Origin: Bacillota bacterium
GTDB taxonomy: Bacteria > Bacillota > Clostridia > Oscillospirales > Ruminococcaceae
Assembly (NCBI GenBank): GCA_023396215.1
Contig: JAEWWW010000155.1
Coordinates: forward strand, 2,530-66,529
Length of the DNA: 64,000 bases
Direction of reading: 5' to 3'
The notes under the pieces are model-generated. The model did no database searches and was not told where the DNA came from. It saw nothing but the letters and a program-made list of their open reading frames with translations. Shown here piece after piece: positions 52,518 through 60,936 of the stretch. The position numbers and the translations under genes are program-made. Each line of letters starts with the position of its first letter. The stretch's first letter is position 1.

Positions 52518-53966
52518 ATGTTTGATCAGCTTCACGAGGAATGCGGCGTATTTGGCATCTATACCCGGCGCGCGGGGGGCGACGTGGCGGCCCAGACCTA
52601 TCTGGCGCTCTACGCCCTGCAGCACCGGGGGCAGGAGAGCTGCGGCATCGCCGTTTGCGACGACGGGGTGATTCACTACCACCGGGATATCGGCCTTGTG
52701 CCGGAGGTCTTTACCAAGGACGAGCTGGAGCGTCTGGGCGTCGGCAACATGGCGGTGGGGCATGTGCGCTACTCCACGGCGGGCAAGCAGAGCCGCACCA
52801 ACGCCCAGCCGCTGGTGGTGCGCCACATCAAAGGGGCGATGGCGCTGGCCCACAACGGCAACCTGACCAACGCCACCGAGCTGCGGGAGGAACTGGAGCT
52901 GGGCGGGGCAATCTTTCATTCCACCAACGATTCCGAGGTGCTTTCCTACATGATTACCCGGGCGCGGCTTGGCTCCGGCTCGATAGAGGAGGCGGTGGAG
53001 CAGGCGATGTATCAGGTGAAGGGGGCATACTCCCTTGTGGTGATGTCGCCCACCAAGCTGCTTGCGGCCCGCGACCCCGAGGGCTTTCGCCCGCTGTGCA
53101 TGGGCAGGCTGGGGGAGGATATCATCTTCGCCTCAGAAACCTGCGCGCTGGACAGCCTGGGGGCCGCCTTCGTCAGGGAATTGGAGCCGGGCGAGATTGT
53201 TGTAGCCGATAAAAACGGCCTTCGCAGCATCCGCACCCATTGCGGCTCCAAGGGCCATTTCTGCGTATTTGAGTTTGTCTACTTCGCCCGCCCCGATTCG
53301 GTGATTGCCGGGGCCAGCGTCCACGAAGCCCGCCGCCGTGCGGGGGCCTTTCTGGCGCAGGATTATCCGGTGGAGGCGGACGTGGTCATCGGCGTGCCGG
53401 ATTCCGGCATGGATTCCGCCATCGGCTATGCGCAGCAATCCGGCATCCCCTACGGGATGGGGTTTATCAAAAATCGCTACATTGGCAGAACCTTCATTCA
53501 GCCCACACAGGCCGAGCGGGAGCGGTCGGTGCATATCAAGCTCAATCCCGTGGCCGCCACCGTCAGGGGCAAGCGGGTGGTCATGATAGACGACTCGATT
53601 GTGCGGGGCACCACCACCGGCCGGATTGTGAACCTGCTGCGGGAGGCGGGCGCCACCGAGGTGCATGTGCGGCTCTCCTCGCCGCCCTTCGTCAGCCCCT
53701 GCTACTTCGGAACCGATGTGGACAGCAAGGAGAACCTGATTGCCTGCCACATGAGCATCCCCGAAATCTGCGCCCACATTGGGGCGGATAGCTTGGGGTA
53801 CCTGTCGGTGGAGCATGTGGCGCAGATTGCCCGGGGCGCCGATTGCGACTTTTGCGTGGGCTGCTTCACGGGAAACTACCCGGCGCAGGTGCCGGAGCGC
53901 ACCGAGAAAAACCGGTTTGAAACCAAGCTTAGCGAAAAGCATGGGCAGGACCAGGAAAGCGACTGA
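52518..53966 (+). CDS. purF: Amidophosphoribosyltransferase
   Basis: The N-terminal nucleophile Cys is preceded by a propeptide (MFDQLHEECGVFGIY). The PRPP loop VVMIDDSIVRGTT and Fe-S cysteines (CYFG, CxGC) are present. Confidence 0.96.
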   Translation: MFDQLHEECGVFGIYTRRAGGDVAAQTYLALYALQHRGQESCGIAVCDDGVIHYHRDIGLVPEVFTKDELERLGVGNMAVGHVRYSTAGKQSRTNAQPLVVRHIKGAMALAHNGNLTNATELREELELGGAIFHSTNDSEVLSYMITRARLGSGSIEEAVEQAMYQVKGAYSLVVMSPTKLLAARDPEGFRPLCMGRLGEDIIFASETCALDSLGAAFVRELEPGEIVVADKNGLRSIRTHCGSKGHFCVFEFVYFARPDSVIAGASVHEARRRAGAFLAQDYPVEADVVIGVPDSGMDSAIGYAQQSGIPYGMGFIKNRYIGRTFIQPTQAERERSVHIKLNPVAATVRGKRVVMIDDSIVRGTTTGRIVNLLREAGATEVHVRLSSPPFVSPCYFGTDVDSKENLIACHMSIPEICAHIGADSLGYLSVEHVAQIARGADCDFCVGCFTGNYPAQVPERTEKNRFETKLSEKHGQDQESD

Positions 53967-53990
53967 CTGGGGAAGGAAGGAATTTCAGCG

Positions 53991-55025
53991 ATGAACAACA
54001 GCTACAGTGAAAGCTACCGGGCGGCCGGGGTGGATATTACGGCGGGCTACCGTGCGGTAGAGCTGATGAAAAAGCATGTGGCGCGCACCAAAAACGCGGG
54101 GGTGCTGGAGAGCATCGGCGGCTTTGGCGGGCTGTACGCCCTGCCGGGTACCGCCGGGTCGGAGCCGGTGCTGGTTTCGGGCACCGACGGGGTGGGCACC
54201 AAGCTGCAGATTGCCCTGCGCATGAACCGGCACAACACCATCGGGGTGGACTGCGTGGCCATGTGTGTCAACGATATCATCTGCGCCGGGGCCAAGCCCC
54301 TCTTCTTCCTCGACTACATTGCCATCGGCAGAGTGGTGCCCGAGAAGGTGGAGCAGATTATCTCCGGCATTGCCGACGGCTGCGTGCAGGCCGGGTGCGC
54401 GCTGGTGGGCGGCGAAACCGCCGAGCATCCGGGGGTTATGCCGGAGGATGAATATGATTTGGCAGGCTTTGCGGTGGGGCTGGTGGAGAAAAGTAAAATC
54501 ATTGACAAGGCCCGGGTACGCCCCGGAGACGCGGTGATTGGCATCGCCTCCTCCGGGGTGCATTCCAACGGGTTTTCCCTCATTCGCAAGGTCTTTGCGG
54601 GGGAGGGGGCCCTCGACCGCCGGTACGACGCGCTGGGCTGCACATTGGGCGAAGAGCTGCTGACCCCCACCAGAATCTATGTGCGCCCGGTGCTGGAGCT
54701 GATTGAAAAGCTACCGGTGCACGGGCTTTCCCACATCACCGGCGGCGGCTTTTACGAGAACATCCCCCGGGCGCTGCCTGCGGGCTGCGGCGCGGTGATA
54801 CGCAAAAACGCCCTGCCTGTTCCCCCCATATTTGAGCTGATTCAAAGCACCGGCGGCATCCCGGAGCGGGATATGTACAACACCTACAACATGGGTGTGG
54901 GGATGTGCGTGGCGGTTCCAGCCGAGCGGGCCGACGAGGCGGTGCGGCTGCTGACCGCCGCCGGGGAGGTGGCCGCAATCATCGGGGAGGTCACACCGGG
55001 CGAAACGGCGATAGAGCTGGTTTAA
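53991..55025 (+). CDS. purM: Phosphoribosylformylglycinamidine cyclo-ligase (AIR synthetase)
   Basis: YRAAGVDI...GGFGGL...GTDGVGTK...DYIA. 344 aa. Confidence 0.96.
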   Translation: MNNSYSESYRAAGVDITAGYRAVELMKKHVARTKNAGVLESIGGFGGLYALPGTAGSEPVLVSGTDGVGTKLQIALRMNRHNTIGVDCVAMCVNDIICAGAKPLFFLDYIAIGRVVPEKVEQIISGIADGCVQAGCALVGGETAEHPGVMPEDEYDLAGFAVGLVEKSKIIDKARVRPGDAVIGIASSGVHSNGFSLIRKVFAGEGALDRRYDALGCTLGEELLTPTRIYVRPVLELIEKLPVHGLSHITGGGFYENIPRALPAGCGAVIRKNALPVPPIFELIQSTGGIPERDMYNTYNMGVGMCVAVPAERADEAVRLLTAAGEVAAIIGEVTPGETAIELV

Positions 55026-55087
55026 GCGGGGGAAGGATCAGGGGCTTTCGGTTTTAAGAAACGCCCTGCAAAGAAAAGGAGCGGGTT

Positions 55088-55723
55088 ATGACAAGAATTG
55101 CGGTTCTGTGCAGCGGCGGCGGCACCAATTTGCAGGCGCTGATTGACGCGCAAAGCGCCGGCCGTCTGGCTGGCGGGGTGCTTGTGCTGGTGGCGGCCTC
55201 CAACCCGGAGGCTTACGCCCTGACCCGGGCGAAGAGAAACGGCATCCCCACCGTGGTGGTAAGCCCCAAAGATTACCCGGCCGCCGGGGACTACGACAGC
55301 GCCCTGCTGGAGGCGCTGAAGGGCTGCCGCTGCGATTTGGTGGTGCTGGCGGGCTTTCTGCGCATTCTGGGGCCAAGGGTGCTGGCAGCCTATGAGGACA
55401 GGATACTCAACATCCATCCGTCGCTGATACCCGCCTTCTGCGGCAAGGGGATGTACGGGCTGCATGTCCACAAAGCGGCGCTGGATTACGGCGTCAAGGT
55501 GACCGGCGCCACGGTGCATCTGGTGAACCGGGTGGTGGACGGCGGCAGGATTCTGCTGCAAAAGGCGGTGGAGGTGCGGGAGGACGATACCCCCCAGACC
55601 CTTCAGGCACGGGTGATGGAGCAGGCCGAGCAGGTGCTTTTGCCCCGGGCGGTGGCCATGTACTGCCGCGGGGAGATTTTAACCCGACGACAGGAGAAGG
55701 AGGAAGCGCCATGCAGCTTTTGA
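55088..55723 (+). CDS. purN: Phosphoribosylglycinamide formyltransferase
   Basis: IAVLCSGGGTNLQALID...LAGF.RIL...NIHPSL.P...GATVHLV...DGG.IL. Confidence 0.94.
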   Translation: MTRIAVLCSGGGTNLQALIDAQSAGRLAGGVLVLVAASNPEAYALTRAKRNGIPTVVVSPKDYPAAGDYDSALLEALKGCRCDLVVLAGFLRILGPRVLAAYEDRILNIHPSLIPAFCGKGMYGLHVHKAALDYGVKVTGATVHLVNRVVDGGRILLQKAVEVREDDTPQTLQARVMEQAEQVLLPRAVAMYCRGEILTRRQEKEEAPCSF

Positions 55724-56430
55724 AGCTTGACCAAATACTGAGCAACCACCCCTATCCCGGACGGGGGATTGTGCTGGGCCGTTCCCAAGATGGTAAGAAC
55801 GGCGTCATCGTCTATTTCATCATGGGCCGCAGCGAAAACAGCCGCAACCGGGTCTTTGAGCAGACGCCGGACGGCATCCGCACCCGGGTCTTTGACCCGG
55901 GTAAAATGACCGACCCTTCGTTGATTATCTATCACCCGGTGCGGCAAACGGCGCAGGGTACCATTGTGACCAACGGCGACCAGACCGACACGGTGCGGGA
56001 GCTGATGGCGCAGGGCAAAAGCTTTGAGGAGGCGCTGCGCACCCGGTGCTACGAGCCGGACGCGCCCAACTTCACGCCCAGAATTTCCGGACTGCTGCTG
56101 CCGGATGGGGCGTTTAAGCTTTCAATTCTTAAGAGCTGCGACGGCGACCCCGCCTGCAACAACCGCTATTGTTACGAGTATGACGCGCCGCCTTGCGGCG
56201 AGGGGCGGTTTCTCCACACCTATCAGGAGAACCTTGACCCTCTGCCCTCCTTTGACGGGGAGCCCCGGCGGGTTGCGCTGGCGGCGCAAAGCCCCGAGGC
56301 GCTGGCCGAGGAGATTTGGAGCAGCCTGAACGCCGAAAACAAGGTCTCGCTCTTTGTGCGGTATGTGGAGCTTGCCACCGGCGCGGCGCGCACGGTGCTG
56401 CGCAACAAACATCAGGAGGACGCAAAATGA
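55711..56430 (+). CDS. purO: IMP cyclohydrolase, PurO (archaeal-type) family
   Basis: NHPYPGRGIVLGRSQDGKNGVIVYFIMGRSENSRNRVF is characteristic of PurO-like IMP cyclohydrolases. It overlaps the purN stop. Confidence 0.85.
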   Translation: MQLLKLDQILSNHPYPGRGIVLGRSQDGKNGVIVYFIMGRSENSRNRVFEQTPDGIRTRVFDPGKMTDPSLIIYHPVRQTAQGTIVTNGDQTDTVRELMAQGKSFEEALRTRCYEPDAPNFTPRISGLLLPDGAFKLSILKSCDGDPACNNRYCYEYDAPPCGEGRFLHTYQENLDPLPSFDGEPRRVALAAQSPEALAEEIWSSLNAENKVSLFVRYVELATGAARTVLRNKHQEDAK

Positions 56431-57599
56431 CCGAACTGGAACTGAAATACGGCTGCAACCCCAACCAAAAGCCGGCCAGAATCTTCATGGAGGAGGGGGA
56501 GCTGCCCCTCGCCGTCCTGAATGGAAAGCCCGGCTATATCAATTTTATGGACGCGCTCAACTCATGGCAGTTGGTGCGCCAGCTCAAGGCGGCCTGCGGG
56601 CTGCCCGCCGCCGCTTCCTTTAAGCATGTTTCCCCGGCGGGGGTGGCGCTGGGCAGGCCGCTGACCGAGGTGGAGCGGAGGATTTATTTTGCGGAAGATG
56701 AAACCCTCTCGCCCATCGCCTGCGCCTATCTGCGGGCGCGGGGGGCCGACAGGCTTTGCTCCTACGGGGACTGGGCGGCTCTTTCGGATGTGTGCGACGC
56801 AGACACCGCCCGCCTGCTTTCCCACGAGGTTTCAGACGGGGTCATCGCCCCCGGCTACACCGGGGAGGCGCTGGCGATACTGCGCGCCAAGCGCGGCGGC
56901 AGCTACAACGTGGTGCAAATCGACCCCGAATACACCCCGCCGGCCATCGAGCGGCGCAGCATCTTCGGCATCACCTTTGAGCAGGGCTACAACGACCTTG
57001 CGGTTACCCCGGAAATGCTGGAAAACATTGTGACCGACCAAAAGGAGCTGCCCCAGCAGGCGCGCAACGACCTGCTGCTGGCGCTAATTACTTTGAAATA
57101 CACCCAGTCCAACTCGGTGTGCTATGTCAAGGACGGCATGACCATCGGCGTGGGCGCGGGGCAGCAGTCCCGGATTCACTGCACCCGTCTGGCGGGCTCC
57201 AAGGCCGATATCTGGTGGCTGCGGCAGCACCCCAAGGTACTGGCGCTGGATTTTGTGCCGGATATCCGGCGGGCCAACCGGGATAACGCCATCGACCTTT
57301 ATGTGTCCGACGAGGCGGAGGCGCTTCTGGCCGACGGGGAGTGGCAGCAAACCTTCGCCCAGAAGCCGGAGCCGTTGACAGCGGCTGAGAAGCGGGAGTG
57401 GATAGCCCAGTTGGAGGGGGTGGCCGTGGGCTCGGACGCCTTCTTCCCCTTTGGCGACAATCTGGAGCGGGCGAAAAAATCCGGCGCAAAATACATCGCA
57501 CAGCCCGGCGGCTCCATCCGGGACGACCAGGTGATTGCCACCGCCAACAAATACGGCATGGTCATGACCTTTACCGGCATGCGCCTGTTTCATCACTGA
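56427..57599 (+). CDS. purH: AICAR formyltransferase (PurH AICARFT domain only, no MGS/IMPCH domain)
   Basis: MTELELKYGCNPNQKPA...FKHVSPAG...GAGQQSRIH...AQPGGSIRD. ATGA overlap with purO. About 390 aa. Confidence 0.9.
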   Translation: MTELELKYGCNPNQKPARIFMEEGELPLAVLNGKPGYINFMDALNSWQLVRQLKAACGLPAAASFKHVSPAGVALGRPLTEVERRIYFAEDETLSPIACAYLRARGADRLCSYGDWAALSDVCDADTARLLSHEVSDGVIAPGYTGEALAILRAKRGGSYNVVQIDPEYTPPAIERRSIFGITFEQGYNDLAVTPEMLENIVTDQKELPQQARNDLLLALITLKYTQSNSVCYVKDGMTIGVGAGQQSRIHCTRLAGSKADIWWLRQHPKVLALDFVPDIRRANRDNAIDLYVSDEAEALLADGEWQQTFAQKPEPLTAAEKREWIAQLEGVAVGSDAFFPFGDNLERAKKSGAKYIAQPGGSIRDDQVIATANKYGMVMTFTGMRLFHH

Positions 57600-57615
57600 A
57601 GGGGAGGGTACGCGC

Positions 57616-58878
57616 TTGAAAATATTGGTTGTGGGCGGCGGCGGTCGGGAGCACGCCCTTCTCAAAAAGCTGGGGGAGAGCCCCCGGGTGACAACGCTCT
57701 ACGCCGCACCGGGCAACGGCGGCATTGGCCGGATGGCGCAGTGCGCCCAGATAAAGGCCACCGACATTGCGGCGGTGGCGGCCTTTGCAAAGGAAAAGAG
57801 CATCGACCTTGTGGTGGTGGCCCCCGACGACCCCTTGGTGCTGGGCATGGTGGACGAGTTGGAGGCACAGGGCATCCCCTGCTTCGGCCCCAGCAAGGCC
57901 GCGGCACGGATTGAAGGCTCCAAGGTGTTTTCCAAGGCTTTTATGAAGCGGTACGGCATCCCCACCGCAGACTATGAGGCGTTTGACAATCTGGAGCGTG
58001 CGCTGGATTATGTAGACCGGCTGGAAAGCTGGCCGGTGTGGATTAAAGCCGACGGCCTTGCGCTGGGCAAAGGCGCGGTCATTGCCGAGGACAAGCAGTC
58101 GGCGCAGGCGACGCTGGTGCAGCTTATGGGCCAGAAGGTGTTTGGCGACAGCGGCAGCCGGGTGGTCATCGAGGAGCATATGACCGGGCCGGAGGCCACG
58201 GTGCTGGCCTTTACCGACGGGGAAACGGTGGTTCCCATGGTGTCCTCGATGGACCACAAGCGGGCGCTGGACCACGACCGGGGGCCCAACACCGGTGGCA
58301 TGGGCGCCATTGCCCCCAACCCGCACTACACCCGGGAGCTTGCCGCCCGCTGCATGGAGGAAATCTTTCTGCCCACCATCCGGGGGATGGCGCGGGAGGG
58401 CTGCCCCTTTCAGGGCTGCCTGTATTTTGGGCTGATGCTGACGCCCGGCGGCCCCAAGGTGGTGGAGTACAACTGCCGATTTGGCGACCCGGAGGCTCAG
58501 GTTGTGCTGGAGCTATTGGATTCGGATTTGCTGGAGATTCTGCTGGCCTGCCGCAACCGAAGGCTGGCCGAAACGCCTGTGGTATGGAAGCCCGGCGCGG
58601 CGGCCTGCGTCATTATGGCGAGCGGCGGCTACCCGGAGCAGTACGCCACCGGATTTCCCATCTCCGGCCTGCGGGAGGACGGCGGCGTGGAGGGGGCCTC
58701 GGTCTGCCACGCGGGAACCCGGTGGGAGGATGGGCAGTTTTACACGGCGGGCGGCCGCGTTTTGGGCGTGACCGCCGCGGGTGCGGATTTGGCACAGGCG
58801 TTGGACCGGGCCTATGCCGCCGTGGGCCGTGTTTCCTTCTCCGGAGCGCACTTCCGCCGGGATATCGGCAGGAAGTGA
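57616..58878 (+). CDS. purD: Phosphoribosylamine-glycine ligase
   Basis: MKILVVGGGGREHAL...APGNGG... with an ATP-grasp core. The TTG start follows GGGGAGGG. Confidence 0.95.
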   Translation: MKILVVGGGGREHALLKKLGESPRVTTLYAAPGNGGIGRMAQCAQIKATDIAAVAAFAKEKSIDLVVVAPDDPLVLGMVDELEAQGIPCFGPSKAAARIEGSKVFSKAFMKRYGIPTADYEAFDNLERALDYVDRLESWPVWIKADGLALGKGAVIAEDKQSAQATLVQLMGQKVFGDSGSRVVIEEHMTGPEATVLAFTDGETVVPMVSSMDHKRALDHDRGPNTGGMGAIAPNPHYTRELAARCMEEIFLPTIRGMAREGCPFQGCLYFGLMLTPGGPKVVEYNCRFGDPEAQVVLELLDSDLLEILLACRNRRLAETPVVWKPGAAACVIMASGGYPEQYATGFPISGLREDGGVEGASVCHAGTRWEDGQFYTAGGRVLGVTAAGADLAQALDRAYAAVGRVSFSGAHFRRDIGRK

Positions 58879-58932
58879 CCGTGCTTTGGAGCGCAAAAAT
58901 ACCGCGGGCCAATGCCGCGGTGATATAATACA

Positions 58933-59105
58933 TCGCACAGGCGGACACGCGCCGCCCGTCGGAGCAAGCTACACGCCAGAGACCCCCGGTCATTTTATGA
59001 CCGGGGGTCTCATATCGTTTCGCGGCTCCTCCTCTTTCCCACAAAGCCTTTCGGCTTTGCGGGAGCCCTGATATAAACCTCTAAACTGTCCGCGGGGGAG
59101 GGGGC
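58933..59105 (-). repeat. Repeat family B, copy 2 (inverted relative to copy 1)
   Basis: Contains the perfect hairpin GACCCCCGGTCAT-TTT-ATGACCGGGGGTC and CCCACAAAGCC-TTTC-GGCTTTGCGGG. It lies between purD and the radical SAM gene. Confidence 0.85.
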
Positions 59106-59214
59106 AGTTTTGCTTGGGGGTGCTCACGAGGGGGAGGGCTGGACGCAAAACCCACAGGTTTTGCATAGGACACCAAGTCCCCCCCGTGAAAGGTGACAAT
59201 TCTTTGGCATCTTT

Positions 59215-59246
59215 AAAAGGGATACCCTCGAAAGGGTATCCTTTTT
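59215..59246. terminator. Bidirectional terminator between convergent purD and the radical SAM gene
   Basis: AAAAGGGATACCC-TCGAAA-GGGTATCCTTTTT. Confidence 0.75.
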
Positions 59247-59292
59247 GTGTTGCCGCTTGTTTTGGGTCAGATGAAAGCAATCCGCCGGGCTG

Positions 59293-60411
59293 TTACCCAA
59301 GCTGAGAAGAGCTGCGGATGAGCCTGCTGCCGATGTCGCAAAGCTCCTGCCCGATTTCGTCCAGAAGCTTTTGATAGCCGCAGAAGCCGCTGTCGTCCAG
59401 ATACATCACCCGCTCCATCCGCTTGCAGCCGCCGCCGCAAAACTGCAGATATTTGCAGCGGTAGCAGGGCTCGCCCAGTTGCTTGCGGCTGTCTAAGAAG
59501 CCCACCGTTTGCAGCGTTTCGTCGATGCTGTGCAGCGGCTGGTCGGCAAGGCTGCCCCCCCGGTAGCCATCCAGCACATAGAAGTCGCAGGGGTACACGC
59601 TGCCGTCGGCCTCCACAATATGCTGCGACTGGCAGCGGCCATGCATGCCGCAGGCGGTAACCTGACGGCGCACCGCAAGGTTCACAATATCGTCAAACAG
59701 CTTCACGCTGATGTAGTTGCCCTTTTGCACCTCCTGCTTCCATAGGGGGAAGAGGGCGGCATAAAAGCTGTAAAACCGCTTGGGGGTCAGCGTCCATTCG
59801 TCCGGCTCGCCTTCCAGCTTGCCAAGGCAGGGGGTAAACTGAATGTAGCGGATATTCTCTTTCAAAACCACGTTCCAGACCTTTTGGGGGTGGCGGGCCA
59901 GCTTGTTGGTCAGGGTACAGAGGATGTTGTACTCCACCCGGTGCTTGTCCATCAACTGCTTGGCCTGCAGCACCTTGCCGTAGGTGCCCTTGCCCTGCGG
60001 GTCAAGCCGGTATTGGTTGTGCACCTCGGGGTAGCCGTCCAGCGAAAGCCCCACCAAAAAGTGGTTTTCCCGCAAAAAGGCGCACCAGCTCTCATCCAGC
60101 AGCCAGCCGTTGGTCTGCAGCGCGTAGGAAACCTGCACCTTTTTGGGCTGGGCCTTCACCAGCTCTGCAAAGCGCTGAAAAAAAGGCAGCCCGGCAAGGG
60201 TGGGCTCCCCTCCCTGAAAGGCGACCAGCAGCGAGCCGCCCTCATCCAGATCGCAGAATATATTTTCAATGACCGCCTGGGCAGTTTCTTCCTTCATAAT
60301 GCCGTAGGCCGAAACCTCCCGCAGCGAGGTAACATCGGCATAAAAACAGTATTGGCACCTCAGGTTGCAGAGGGCGGACGCCGGTTTAATCATCACAGAG
60401 ATATGCTTCAC
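59293..60411 (-). CDS. Radical SAM/SPASM-domain maturase, anaerobic sulfatase-maturating enzyme (anSME)-like
   Basis: CNLRCQYC (CxxxCxxC) near the N-terminus, GGEPTL, and C-terminal SPASM cysteines (CGMHGRC, YPCDFY, CYRCKYLQFCGGGC). It is colinear with my recollection of clostridial anSME. The GTG start follows GAAAGGTG. Confidence 0.85.
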   Translation of the reverse strand: MKHISVMIKPASALCNLRCQYCFYADVTSLREVSAYGIMKEETAQAVIENIFCDLDEGGSLLVAFQGGEPTLAGLPFFQRFAELVKAQPKKVQVSYALQTNGWLLDESWCAFLRENHFLVGLSLDGYPEVHNQYRLDPQGKGTYGKVLQAKQLMDKHRVEYNILCTLTNKLARHPQKVWNVVLKENIRYIQFTPCLGKLEGEPDEWTLTPKRFYSFYAALFPLWKQEVQKGNYISVKLFDDIVNLAVRRQVTACGMHGRCQSQHIVEADGSVYPCDFYVLDGYRGGSLADQPLHSIDETLQTVGFLDSRKQLGEPCYRCKYLQFCGGGCKRMERVMYLDDSGFCGYQKLLDEIGQELCDIGSRLIRSSSQLG

Positions 60412-60584
60412 GCAAAAACACCTTTCTTCACCGTGGGCCGTGTGTGTGTGGGGCTGCTATACCGCTTTTGCAGGCAAAAAGGGCGGCCCCGCGCTTTATC
60501 CCAAGCTTATTATAGCACAGGCCGCAAAAAAAGACAGCGGGCCGCCGGGCGGGGTGGGCTGCCGCCATCAAGCGGGCGGTTTCC

Positions 60585-60633
60585 CATTCCCCTCCCTGGA
60601 GGGGTGGCGCCCGCAGGTGCCGGGGTGGTCAGG
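60585..60633 (+). repeat. Repeat family D, copy 1 (49-bp core)
   Basis: CATTCCCCTCCCTGGAGGGGTGGCGCCCGCAGGTGCCGGGGTGGTCAGG is 100 percent identical to 60738-60786. Confidence 0.85.
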
Positions 60634-60737
60634 GCTACGGGCCAATTGGACATCGGTTCCGATGATGTTCCTCTGCGGGAGGCCGACCCCCGCGGAGACA
60701 CCCCCTGCTGTCTGTAGCCGCCCCTTTTGCGATTTCT

Positions 60738-60786
60738 CATTCCCCTCCCTGGAGGGGTGGCGCCCGCAGGTGCCGGGGTGGTCAGG
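60738..60786 (+). repeat. Repeat family D, copy 2 (49-bp core)
   Basis: Perfect direct repeat of 60585-60633 with a 153-bp period. It contains the CCCCTCC-CT-GGAGGGG hairpin. Confidence 0.85.
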
Positions 60787-60865
60787 CGTTGGCCTTTGCG
60801 GCGATATCCCCTTGTGTATGCAGCCGTAAGGGCAATTACCAACCGCCCCACCGCGCCCACAGGCG

Positions 60866-60906
60866 CAAAACACCCCCTTGCCCGGTAGCACAGGGCAGGG
60901 GGGTGT
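60866..60906 (-). terminator. Rho-independent terminator of ypeB
   Basis: Minus strand reads CACCCCCCTGCCC, 9-nt loop, GGGCAAGGGGGTG, TTTT. Confidence 0.75.
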
Positions 60907-60936
60907 AAAACGGGCGTGAAAGCCTCTGGCGGGCTG

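Noticed and set aside
60441-60450. (TG)5 dinucleotide repeat in the 5' leader of the radical SAM gene, considered as a phase-variation tract.
   Set aside because: It is too short for efficient slippage and is non-coding, with no obvious promoter-spacing role.
60581-60786. Mini CRISPR array (two identical repeats separated by a unique spacer).
   Set aside because: There are only two copies. The repeat is about 49-54 bp and the spacer about 104 bp, both outside normal CRISPR dimensions. No cas genes are present in the window.
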